A stretch of DNA of 64,000 nucleotides from Microthyrium microscopicum (Eukaryota): the NCBI GenBank assembly GCA_010405405.1, contig MU004230.1:3707119-3771118 (forward strand). Reading direction: 5' to 3'. The notes under the pieces are model-generated. The model searched no databases. It was not told where the DNA came from and was given only the letters and a program-made list of their open reading frames with translations. This document shows, piece by piece, positions 1-12,922 of the stretch. How positions within the stretch are numbered: the first letter of the stretch is position 1; the number at the start of each line of letters is the position of its first letter. The position numbers were made by a program, and so were the translations under genes.

Positions 1-1320
1 TTATTATTCTATAGTAGACTAAGGCTAACGCTAATAGTACTAAGTATTTTATAAAATAATATAAATCTATAATCTATATAATAGTAAAGACTAAGTAGCT
101 ATTAATAGTTAATTTCTTTTAATATATAAATTATAATAGAGATAAAAGCTAGATAGATAATAGTAAAGAAAGGCTAGTAAATAGAATTATAAAACGTAAC
201 TATACTAAGTGTAAAAGAATAGTATAGAGCAAACTATATAGCCTTTATTATTAAATATATATTAAGCTACTATAGAGACTAGAAAAAGATATTATTAAAT
301 AAGAGAAGAGTTTAAGATGCTAATAGGTATTCTAAACGAGTATTATTATAAAGTAAAGAAGAAAAGGAAGTTAAAGAAAAGAAGTACTATTTTATACCCC
401 TCTAAGGTACTAAGGTATTACTAATAGCTTATAGTTACTTATAAATAATACTAAGTACTCTAGTAATAATATTATTAAGAGCATTCTCCTCTTTTAGAAA
501 CTAAAGCTATTCTAATCTTCTATAAAAAAGTAAATATAAGTCTCTTATACTTCTAATAACGACTATTATTAATAGATAATATAGCTTATATTAAGTTAGT
601 AAGTAATTATAAAGTAAATAAATTAAATAAAGCTACTATATATAGTAAGATAACTCTTAGATAGAATACTATAGATAAGAGTAACGCTTATCGTTTTAAG
701 TTAAAAGATTAAGCCTAGTAAAGTTAAATAATAGAGACTATTTAACCTATATAGCTATTATTAGTATAATTTTAGATACGATTTACTAATAATTAAATAA
801 GACTTAAACCTATATAGTAGCTTAATTCTACTACTAATATATAAACATAATATTTCTTAATATTATTCTACTTAAGTTACTCTCTCTTTTAATTATAACT
901 TATTAGTACTACTATTAAGAATATACCTTATAATAAACTATATAGAATAATTAAAGATACTTAAAGTAATAGATAGAAATACTAACTATAAGTAATACTT
1001 TATATATAAAGGGTTATATAGATAGTATAGTAAGAATAAATAGAATAATATAAAGAAGAAAGAGTAAGCCTATAGTATTAATAAATTACAATAGACTTAA
1101 AACATTAATCTTTTCTTATTACGAAATATATTAGCTAAAATATATATATAGTTATTAAATATAACTACTCTTCTAAAAAAGGGAATCTATATAATTATAT
1201 TTAAAGTTAGTTAAGAAGTAGTATAAAAGAAAATAATGAAGGCCTTTAACTAAGAATATAAATAAGGATAATTATAAGGTTATATATAATAACGTAAAGC
1301 AAAAATCTATAAAAGGCTTT

Positions 1321-1420
1321 AAAAACTATTAAAAGGTGTTAAACGTTATTAGATATTATTAAAAATTGTTAAAAGTTATTAAACGTTATTAAAAGTTATT
1401 AAAAGTTATTAAATATTATT
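1321..1420. repeat. 10-bp tandem minisatellite (consensus aaa(c/a)gttatt), ~10 copies
   Basis: Consecutive units aaaaactatt/aaaaggtgtt/aaacgttatt/agatattatt/aaaaattgtt/aaaagttatt/aaacgttatt/aaaagttatt/aaaagttatt/aaatattatt. Confidence 0.85.
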
Positions 1421-1851
1421 ATATATTTCTAAACGTTAAGATATAGGCTCTTAAATAAAGTAAATAGTAATAAATACTACTAGACGCCTATATAAAGGAA
1501 AGTCTCTTAAAGCTACTATAAGAAATATAAGATTAAGATATAAAAGTATATAATATAGTTAGGATTTAAAAAAGGTAGGTAAACTAATTTAGAGCTATAT
1601 AGGTATCTATAGTAAAATGTTTAAAACGTTTAATATTCTTTGTAGTATATTTGCTAGTATACTAGCTATAATAGGACTTAGCTTTATTAATAATTATAAT
1701 ATAGCCTTATAAATAAGAGATCTAAGTATTTAATTACTTCTAGCTTAACCTTACTAAGAAATAATAATATAGCTACTTACTATAAATACTTAGTTACCTA
1801 TATTTAATAAATTAAGTTTTATACCTTAATATTACTAAACTCCTTTATTAG

Positions 1852-2056
1852 TATTATTTATCTTTCTACTAAATCTTTTATACTACTATTATAACTTAAG
1901 ATAATAAAATTATAAACTAGAGTATTATAAATAAATCTACTCTTAGCTATAATATATTATTTATCTTTCTTTTAAACCTTTCTATACTACTATTAAGACT
2001 TAGAATAGCAAAAGTATAAATTAGAGTATTATAGATAACTCTACTTTTAGCTATAA
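1852..2056. repeat. two-copy ~103-104 bp degenerate direct repeat
   Basis: tattatttatctttct at 1852 and 1955; tactactatt at 1881 and 1985; tagagtattata at 1918 and 2022. Confidence 0.75.
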
Positions 2057-3094
2057 AGATTCTTTATACTATTATTCTCTAAAAGTTCTAGGTTTAATAG
2101 TACTAGTCTACTAAAACTATAATAATAAAAAACGTTATTAGAGGACTAGAAGAGCTTACTATTAAATATAATAGATATATAGAATACGTAAGTAATATAT
2201 TAGTAAAAGTAAAGAAAGCTATAAAAATATAAATATAGAGAATCTTAGACTAAGAGCTAGAAGGAAGTAATATAAAATTTATAATAACAAAGTATATAGA
2301 CTATATCCTTTATAGTAATAATTAGATTATATAATTTAGGCACTATATAATTTAGATTTAAATAGGATTTAATAGAAATATAATTATAACTATATAATAA
2401 GATCTATAATAACTATAATTTAAACTTAACTATTAATATAAGGAGAGAAATTAAACTTCTATTACTAGTCCTAGTAAAGGTAGTAAAGAAGGCTTTTAAT
2501 ACTTAGGCCTATAGCGATTAGAGATAAGGGTTTTAAGAGGCGTAACTTACTAACTATTATTATCCTTATTCTAATCTTTATTACTAAATTATTATTAGTA
2601 AGACTACTAAGCTTTTTTTTTATTAGCCTACTTCTAAGCCTCTTTACTTACTAAATACTTCTTAGTTTCCTTATTTTAAACCTTAATATAGCGTCCTTTA
2701 TTAGAAACGTAATCTACTAATAAGTAGCTATCCTTTTAGGATTTAAAGTAATACTAAGTATAACTATTAGTTATACTCTTAATAACTTTATAACCCTATT
2801 TAGTATAAACCTAATATTTATAATTACTTTCCTTATAATATGTATATTAATTATTACTATAAACCTAATAGCTAAGATTAGTCTCTATAATAGTTATAAT
2901 ACCTTAAAATTTATATTACTTAGTATTATCTTTATATATAGCTAAATCTTTATAATACTACTAGCTAAATTAAGTAGAGTTATACTAAGACAAACTATTT
3001 AGAGTCCCTACCTAAGGAATCCTACTTTAAAAGCTTTATTTAGACTCTTTAAATAATATAGTAATTAAAGTAGAAAGAATACTATCTATAAAAT

Positions 3095-3262
3095 AAGATA
3101 GAGGAAGAAGTAGATATATAAGACTATAATTACTAATAATATAAGTATTATTAATAGAAGGAGTAGAAGTTAAGATATAAAATAGATAAGGAGATAGAAG
3201 TATAAGACTATAATTACTAGTAACTTAGATATTACTAATAAAAAGAGTAGAAGTTAAGATAG
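3095..3262. repeat. two-copy 84-bp degenerate direct repeat
   Basis: agactataattacta...gagtagaagttaagata recurs at 3121 and 3205. Confidence 0.7.
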
Positions 3263-6200
3263 AGGTAATTAGATAAAAAGGGTTAATAAATATTAAGGAA
3301 ACTAGAGATAAAGTATTTATTACTAGTTAATTACTAGGCGCAATAAAGGTAACTAAAGCTTAGAAAGAAGGTAGATAATAAGCTATAAAAGAAGGATAAT
3401 AATTATTATTATTTATATATAGACTAATTAGCTTAACTAGACTTAATATATATTAAACTAATATAGGAGAATTAGACTATAAATTTAGAAATAGCTAAGA
3501 AAGAATTAGTATAAGTATATAACGTAGCTAAGCTAGTAGTTAAAAAATAGATATAGCTCTAACTTATAATTCTTCCTTAAGTTTAGTTATAATATAGTTT
3601 TTAGCTTTAGTCTATAGATATATAATTAGCTATAAAGGAGTAATAATCTAAGTTTTAATATTACTATCTTATTTATTACGCCTATTATTAATAAATAGAC
3701 TATTTATTTCCTAATTATTACTAAATAAGTTAAAATCCTTATTATTACTATCCTTATCTAAGGATCTAAATAAAAAAGATCTTATTAGTAGAGATAAAGA
3801 CGCTCTTAGTATAGTATTAATAGCTAGAATAGATAAAAAACTTTCTACTAATAAGATAATAGTAAGAAATAAGGAAATTAATATAAATATAGACGTAGCC
3901 TATAAAGAAGCTAAAGATTAATAATATAAAGAAGAACCTATAAGCTAAGAAGATAAGAAAGAAGAATAAGTTAGAGCTATAGAAGTAATAATAATATAAA
4001 CTACTAGTCTTTACTACTATAGCTAAGGTATATTTATAGTAATATTAGTATTAATAGCTTACTATATAGTAGTAGCAAATTATATATACTTAGCTTAAGT
4101 ATCTAATAACTAATATATATACTAAGTATTAGTAAATTTATGCTACTTTCTCTATACCTCTTCTATCTCTAACTAATACTATTAAGCTTAGTAGCAATAG
4201 TAAGCATTAATAGCTATATCTTAATAAGTATAAAGTATAAGAATAAGAATAGCCTCTAAACGACCTAATGCTTATTAACTAGTAATGCTTAAATAATCTA
4301 AAAGTATACTAATACTTATTAAACTTAGTAAAAGATAAAGATAGTAATAATACTCTAGTATATTAGAATACTAGTAAGCTTCTTTAATAAGGTATAACTT
4401 ATAATAATTAAAGTTAGTATAATTATACTAATTAACTTTAAAGATAATATAAATAGCCTTATAAACTATAGAAGCTAAATATAGTATAGATATAATATTT
4501 AATACTATAAACTCTAGATTATAAACTAGAGGTCCTCTAAATCTTAAAGTAAATATCTATAGTAAATATATAATACTTAGAAACTTAGGTAGGAAAGTAA
4601 TAAGTCTATACTAAGTAAAACTAAAGATACTATAATCTATTAGAGTAAAGAAAATATAAACTATATATAATTATACTAGTAAAAGAAGCTAATTAGTTAC
4701 TAAATTATAAGTAAGGTACTACTAGGTCTAATTCTCTCTAAGTAATAAAAGTTAAGAAATAAAAATAGACGTTATAGTTATTATAGGCTATAGAAGAAAG
4801 AAATATTAAGGTATAGAGAGATAAGGAACGTAATAAAAGAATATTTTATCTTTATCTAAATCTAAAATAGAAGACTTAGTTTTATAAAATATCTAAAGCT
4901 ATAGTTAACTATTTAGATATAGCTACTTATTACTATTATACTTAGAAAGGTCCTAATATAGAGTAAGAGCTATATCTAAAGTTAGCCTATTTTTAACTAT
5001 ATATTAGATAACCTTATTATTATTTAGTTAACTCTCTTACTTAGATAATATATTATTATTTTTACCTAATTTTATAGATATAGCTATATCTAATAGCTCT
5101 TAGGTAAAAGGTAAAAAACTATTATAATATAAACCTAGCAATCTTAATAGCGAAGTAATAAAAGAAGCTAAAATATTAATATAACCTAGCTTTTTATTTA
5201 AAGAAAATAAAGGATCTAGATTAAGTAGTATAAGTTTAAAAATTAATAAAAGTATCTTAATAGAAATAGTAAAGCTTAGAAGCAACAAAAAAATAAGTTA
5301 TAGGAAAAGTAGTAAAAGAAGTTAGGAAGCAAATAGTATATTTAGTTCTTAACTATATAAATATAGATTAGATAAGTTTAAAATAAAAGGTTAATTATAA
5401 CGCTAATAAAGAATAGTGTAAGAAATATAGCTACTATAAAGGCTAAAATTAGGCCTATAACCTAATAAGATTAACTAAGGTATAATAATATTAGAACTAT
5501 AAATTATTACTTAGATACTTAATAAAAAACCTTAAAAGATAACTTATAAAGAGTTTTAAAGGCAAAAGTAACTAGATTATAGCCTATAATAATAATAAAC
5601 GTTTAAGTAGAGAAACGTATAGATAGTACTCTTTTTAAAATACTTATTAATAAGTAAATAAACTAAGGATATAATAGAGGCTACTTAGAGGCTAAATAAT
5701 AAGACTTAAAGGTATAATAAGTACTAAATAACTTATAAAAATAAGTTAAAGCTAAAAGAGTAATACTTAAAAGAGAGAGAAAAGATATAGAGGGCAAGAG
5801 ATTTTATAGATAGTAGATTATATAGACTAAAGATATTTATATAAATAATACTATCTATTTAATTAATAATAGTTACTATTAACTACTTATAATAGTAACT
5901 CTTAAACGTTCCTACTATTTAAAAGGTTAGTAAACTTTAAAAATAATTTAATAGTAAATTTAGACTAATAAGAAGTTAAGTTTTAAAAGAAAAGGTAATA
6001 AGAGATATAATCTAATAAGAGTTCTAATCTTATTAATAGAATACCTTATAACGTACCTTCTAAGATCTATTAATTAAAATATTTAATAACGTTTAACTAT
6101 TAAATTATTTTAAAAAAGAAAGTACGTAACTAAATATTTAAAGATAAAATTTAATATATAATAAGGATAATAATAATATATAAATAATTAAGAATAAGAT

Positions 6201-8379
6201 AAAGTAATAGAGAGTAGTACTATCTAAGATAACTAAGGTAAAAGAAGGATATAGAGAATATTATAGAATTATAGTTTAAAATCTATTAAGATAAATATAC
6301 TATTAGTACTATATAAATAGCGTTAAAAGCATATATAAGGAAATATAGTTAATATTAATAACCTTTAATACTAATAAATAGGATTTATATAACTCTATAG
6401 ATAATAATATAATAATTAGTAATAGCTATATTATTCTAAGTATAAATATATAAAAAGTTCTTAAAATCTTAACTATTCTTTATAAAACCTAGTATATACC
6501 TAATACTATAAGATAAATAACCTAATAATAATTAAGGCTATTTAACAATATATAAAATATAGAAATATTATTAAATATATTAATAAGGAAATAAATTCTC
6601 TAGCGCGTGCCTAAACTAGTATACCTTTTAGCTACTTTTAGTTATCTCTTAATATACTAGTTTATTAATAAAAGTATCTAAATTAGAGGAATAGGATAAG
6701 TATATAGAAAGTAACCTATTTCTTAATATAGTAGTCTCTCCTAAACTATAAGGAAGTATTAGGAATAGATTAGTTACTTAGGTTTATTATAGAATAGCTA
6801 AGCTATATTATATCCTTTTATATAGTATAATATCTAGACTATTTATAAGAGGTAGGAATAAGAAAAGGTAGTAATTAAGATTATTATATAGAGACTAACG
6901 TTTAGTTTCTAATTCTTATTATTATTTTCTACTATAACTATTAGTTACTAAAGGGTAAGATAGTAAGCTTAATTAACTATTTTTAGTATTATAGAGTAAA
7001 AGGCTACTTAGATAGTTTAGTAGCTAATACTTTATAAGCTTATTTAGTAATAGTATATATAATAAGGATAAGTCTAGAAATATATTAAGTAAAAAAGAAT
7101 ATAAAGTACTATTATTATACTAAGAAGTAGTTAGTATTATAAGTAAAGGTTAAAAAAGATTATTATTAACTAAAAGTTTAAAAGCTAATCTAGGTTTATA
7201 AAGATAACCTCTTTCTTATTTCTTCTTTAGATTAAGAGATACCTTAGTTCTAGTTTAAGATAACGAACTAAGTATAGATAATACTACTAAGGGCTAAGAT
7301 AATAATAATAAAGGAAATACTAATTAAGAGGCTAAGATAGAGATAGCTAGATATATAATAGATAATAATTACTTAAACCTTAAAGTAATCTAACTTAGTA
7401 AATAGTCTACTAGTAAAGAACTAATAAGCTTAACTTTTCTAAAAGAATAGTAATAAGTATTAGAACTTAGAACTATAAGAGATAAATATAATAGTATTAT
7501 AGGACTAGCCTACCTAAAAGGTTTATTATACTTAAATGCTACTATATAGTAAGTTTAATAATTAAAACTAATAAGAAAGGTTAATAACTAGCTATAAGTA
7601 GCTATATTTATAATTCTTTACTTCTATAAAAGAAAATATTTAAGATATATCTAATTCTATATAATATTTAAGTCTATAGAATTATTTATAAGAGGTAGAA
7701 AGTTAGTAGAATCTTAAAAAGTACTTAAAGTAACTAACTTAAGTTAGCTTATATACTAAAACTCTCTAAACGAGAGCTATTAATAAGTAATTAGATACTT
7801 CTTATCTAACTATGTAGTAGCCTACTATTTTAAGCTATTAAAGGCATATTACTTTTACGTTTTTATATAAGAAACTATTAACTTTTTCTTTATAATAGGC
7901 TAAGGTAGTAACGTAATAAATTTATCTAGCTAGTATATATTATAATATTAATTATAATTAATAAGAGTACCTTAATAATATTTAACGTCTCTTAAGTAGT
8001 CTAGGATAACTTAATAATAATAGTAAAGCTAACTAAGGTTAGAATCTAATAATAATATACTATTAACTAACTTTAACTAGATAGAATTAACTATAGCCCT
8101 ATACCTAATTTCTATATATATCTAATCTAGTAGTCTATTACTTTTTAGGTTATAACTAGTAGAGGCTATAGTAGCTAGACTACTAAGTAGATTAATAAAC
8201 GCCTAAGCTTTCTAAGTAGCGACTAAAATACTTAGTTAAGTAGTAAAATTAATATTTTATATTATATAGAGTAACTTAAGAGCTAATAGTAAATAGCCCT
8301 TAGTATTAACCTTACTAATACTAGCCTAAAGAGTAGTTACTACTATATATATATTATCTACTTTCTTATAAAGAAACTT

Positions 8380-10310
8380 TAGTACTAGATACTACTTTTA
8401 AGTATTAAATAATTAGTATAGTAGAAAAATAATAACTAATAAATAAAGAGAAATATAATTAAATAGCCTAACTCTAAAGAAAGTTCTATTATCTAGATTA
8501 AGTAAGATAAATAGTAGTAAGTTTAAACCTATTTTTAGTAAAAAAGGAAGAATATAACTAGCTTTAGGATAACTAACCTAACTAATTTTCTAAACTAAAT
8601 TAGCTAATGCTTTACTTTATAGAAGACCTTATATTATAACGCAATATATATTTAGAATATTAATACCTATACTAAGGGTAGTTATAGTAACTATAATATA
8701 GTAAAATAAATTAAACTACTTAAGCTAAATATACTATAAATCTTAATTAAAATTCTAAGTTAGTCTAGTATACTATTAGATAATAGTATAAATACTAGCT
8801 AAGAAAAGCTAATTACTCTAAGTAAAGTTAGAATATAACTTTACTAAAGCTTATTATAAGTAATTAAGAATAAATATTATATCTAATAGCTTATCTAAGA
8901 AAATTATAGTTAATAATATAAACTTAAGTATTATAAACGAATCTCTATTAGTAGGATTCTAAATAGCCTAACTAAGGGCTATGTCTAATCTTAACTAATT
9001 GCTAAGCTTTCCTTTTAGAATATATAAGAATTAAAGACCTAAATCTAGCTTATTAATAGTAGTATAGATAAACCTAGTAGTATAAGTAATATCTTAGTAT
9101 TCCTTATATAGCTAAAATCCTTCTTTATTAAGTAAAAACTTCTTAGCTTCTACTATTAAAGTCTTTAAGTAATTAAACTAGATAATAAAATAAGGAATAA
9201 TATCTTAAAGTGTATAAAGCTAAGAATATTCCTTCTAAAAGGATTTTCCTTAGTTCTTAATAAAATGTCCCTTGTTAATAGTAACTAGACTAAGTCTATT
9301 TTAGAATTAAGGATCTTAAAGTAGTTTTTATATATACTTACTAATTAATTATTTAGGAGAAAGTAGATAATATATAATAGTACTATTAAGTAACCTATAA
9401 TAGACTTAAGTATATTTGTTAGGTATTAACCCTAAATAAATAACGGCTAGGTTTATATTAAAGAGCTATATAATATCTTTATACTACTCTAAATTTAATA
9501 AAGTAAGGAGAATAGCCTAGAGAGTAACCTTACTAGTAAGAATACTAAAAGCTTAGAAAATAATGCTTTTACTATATCTAATCTTAGTAATAAGCATAAT
9601 ATCTTATTATTTAAAAATTATATAATATAGAGATTCTACCTAACTTAGCTTAGTTTCTAATCTCTTACCTTCTTATATATATAGTAATCTTTTAAATAAA
9701 GCTTTTATGAGATCTTTATAATATTATTAGCCTAGAGAAGTAATATAAATACTAGCTTTATTATCCTTTTAGGTAAGTATATTAGTAAAGATAGCTAAAA
9801 GTATAGAAACTTTAATTATAATATTAAAATCTTATAAGTACTCTATCTACTTATTTAGTATAATAGTATACTATAAACTAAGTAGATATATAATAGGATT
9901 AATACTAATAGCATTACTACTACTAATAAGATTATTATTAGTTTTATTATTATAAGTACTAGTACTAATACTACTAGCTATATTACTAACTATATTCCTA
10001 CTAATATAACTACTAGTATTACTATCTCTATTACTATTGCTATTACTATAGATAGTACTACTATAATTACTAGCTATATTATTACCCTAACTACTAGTAG
10101 CAAATTTATTAGATTTAGCGGCTATAGATAGTATAAGGCTATAAAGAGCAGAATAAGTACGTCTATTAATAAAGCTAAGGAAAGATATATCCTACTTAGG
10201 ACTATTAGATAAATCTATCTAAGTTACCTTTATATTATAATAACGTTAATCCTTAGTCTAGCCTTTAGACTAACCTACACCCTTCTTACGCCCTACTTTA
10301 TATTTATGCT
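8380..10310 (-). pseudogene. RIP-inactivated RecQ-family (SF2, DExH) helicase gene relic
   Basis: One minus-strand frame over 9660-8560, read with only A>G/T>C reversions, gives motifs in the expected order: Q-motif (KPGQVESL), Walker A LIAKTGYGKSIIFQ (~9590), Ia TGKVTLQAIPLT, Ib SPEQ, II LVAIDEGH...WGKSFRKEY (~9270), III SGTL, IV TIIF, V RIVVATTALGMGIDIPD (~8690), VI QKIGRAGR (~8585). Outer limits approximate. Confidence 0.85.
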
Positions 10311-10500
10311 TAGTACTAAGTATAATAATAACGCGTAAGTCTCTAATTAACTATATCTATATTAGTAATGCTAATATATAGTATTTATATATAGAGTAGT
10401 AAATAAAGGTTAATATCTAATACTTTTATCTAGTATAGACGTTATAAAACGTTTAGAATATATAAAATATCTAATAAATAACTAGCTAAAGTTTTAATAC

Positions 10501-10735
10501 TTTAGAAACGTTTAACACGTTATAGAAACATTTAATACGTTATAGAAACGTTTAATACATTATAATAAACGTTTAATAAAATATAACTAACGTTTAGTAA
10601 GATATAATAAACGTTTAATATATTATAAGAAATATTTAATACGTCTTTAGATATATTTAATACGTCTTTAAATATATTTAATACATCTTTAAATACGTTT
10701 AATATATCTTTAAATATATTTAATATATCTTTAGT
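10501..10735. repeat. 20-21 bp tandem minisatellite with ACGTT cores
   Basis: tagaaacgtttaa(c/t)acgtta x3, then 21-bp atttaatacgtctttaaatat-like units x5. Confidence 0.85.
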
Positions 10736-11312
10736 AATATCTAGCGCGTTATTTAGAATAGCTTATATATAGTTAAAATAGTTTAATATATTATATAATA
10801 TAATTAACGCGTATTTATATAATATAGACCTTAAGATTAAGATAAATACGTAAAGGGAATAATAAGAGTATAAAACTATAACTAACGCGAACTTACTAGC
10901 AGTATTACTACTAAAAGTAATAATAGAAAAGCTAATAGTATTACTAGCTAATAATATAGAATAAGGCGTTATAAATATATTTTATAAATATACTAAGTAT
11001 AGGAGAAGAGATAAAAAGATAGTATAAGTAGTAATAGTAGATAGTAGTTATATATATATATATAAAAGATTATATAATTATTAACTTTTGCTAAGCTAAA
11101 CCCTCTAGAGCAAGATAAAATAAAAAGATTTCTAGAGAATATAGTTAGTATTAAATCTTAAAATAAACCTAATTTTTATATATATAATTACTTACCTAGT
11201 AGCCTTTTATAAGAATATTTAATAATTTATACGTAGTAGTAGTATAGTTAAAAGATAAATAGAAATCTAAAAATCTATTAAGGCTAATATAGTATAAATG
11301 GCGAAAGTGTCT

Positions 11313-11387
11313 CTTAGGCTCTAATTCAGGGTTAGGGAGCGTAGCGACCGTTAATAATTAGACGCTAAACCTGAATCAGAGTCTAAG
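11313..11387. repeat. imperfect 23-bp inverted repeat (hairpin) at the RIP boundary
   Basis: cttaggctctaattcagggttag (11313-11335) and ctaaacctgaatcagagtctaag (11365-11387) match at 20/23 as reverse complements. Confidence 0.75.
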
Positions 11388-12922
11388 CACGCTGAGGTAA
11401 GGCGAAATGGAGCCGCTCTCCTAACTCCATTTTATATGCAGCATCTTAATCATAACCACGGCGCCTCAATATGGCTGGTTAAGCATTGCGAAAAGCTTGG
11501 TGAGCGTCGTTAGCATTGCCAAGTCTTTTTTGACATACCGTTCCTATGGCCAGGAGGACGGTAAAGAGATGATACTTGATGCCTGTCTCTGTCGGGAATC
11601 CTCCCGTCTTCTCCCAGGACCCATGTGTCGGTCGAGAAGACTGCTAGCAGACGTACGTTCATGCTTGTTTAACAATACGAGTTTGTCAAGGCAGGCCTGG
11701 CCTGCCGTCTCCTTTTGAGGCGGCAGAAAGGTGGTTGTGGAAGCGTCGTGCATTTGGAGTCCAAACAATCGAAGTCATTTCCATCCACCCCTGCCAGAAC
11801 GCTCTGAAACTAGTCGGGAATGATCGGCTTCTACTCTACGTTGTTGATCACCCGAGTATATGTATAGACAAGTATATCTTTGTACACACGACGCGATTAA
11901 AATCTATATTGCGTAGATCTTGCGATCCTGGTAAATGCAAGAAGATTTGGATCCTTTGCCAGATGTAGGAAACACTTGAGTTATATTGCTGCTTGCTATA
12001 ATTTCATGAACCAGTGAAGCATATCAGCAAGGTAATGAGTGATATCCTCAAAGATAATCAAAATCGAAAATGTCGTAAAAATAGACTGTCCCTTTTTGAC
12101 CGATGGAAACCAATCTTGACTTTGTCGCCCGAGGGGGCGGAGCGCTTCCGTCTGGGGTGTAGATCTATACAGATGTCTAAACAATGAATTACTTCAGACC
12201 CTTGTTTAAATTTCTGCTTACTTGTCCAATCTAAATGTGAGGTAACATCACAAAAGGGACCACATATCATAGGTATCAGAATTTTCTTGCGGATTGTCGC
12301 ATGTGGAATCTTCCTTATTATCGATATAGACATATCGTTGTGGGATCAAATACCGGTGTTATCAGCAACAGGATAGCATGAAATTTCCGCGGTGGTTGAT
12401 ATTTTATAGAACTCAAAAGATGGAGTAAAGAAAAAACACAGGATGAATCTGGGCCGTCATGTACGGGGATGAACAACAGTTCGAGGATGACTGGAAGAGT
12501 CAAGGTTTGACAGTTAACACAATAAAATATGGTATTCAAAAACCCCATGTCTTCTTCATGCAGGGGTAATGTGGAATACGAAGGAAGAAATAGTATAAGG
12601 TACCACAGCGTTTAACTATATTTAGAGCGCTATTACATACCGCAGATCTGTTATGGAACTAAAGTTATTGATTGATCGTAGCAGGCTGTTCCATGTCTTC
12701 TGTCTTCATACACTTCGGTATTCAAGTACCTAGAACTTAGGTAAATGGTTGTTCCTTAGATTAAACACCGAACCAAGTTTTCTGCTCACAAGATATATAT
12801 TTGACGGAAACCGGAATTAAACTGAACACTTATCAGCAAACGGACTTTTCACGGGCTGATGAAGTTCATGATCTATCTGACTCGAAAATCATATCTGAAT
12901 AGACAATCTGGACTGAGCGCAT

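Larger units (their letters stand above)
1..11295. repeat. RIP-degenerated AT-rich repeat/transposon block
   Basis: Very low GC, excess TpA (taa/tag/tat), near absence of CpA/TpG while CpG (acgt) survives; only one ORF >=60 aa in 11 kb; abrupt return to normal composition at ~11295. Confidence 0.95.

Noticed and set aside
1321..1420. CRISPR-like array (also 10501-10735)
   Set aside because: Head-to-tail tandem units with no unique spacers, in eukaryotic RIP DNA, with no cas genes.
5100..5288. 62-aa ORF in the AT-rich block
   Set aside because: Leu/Ile/Lys-rich chance ORF produced by RIP composition, with no ATG context or motif.
11329..11337. Telomere
   Set aside because: Only about 1.5 TTAGGG units, not an array.
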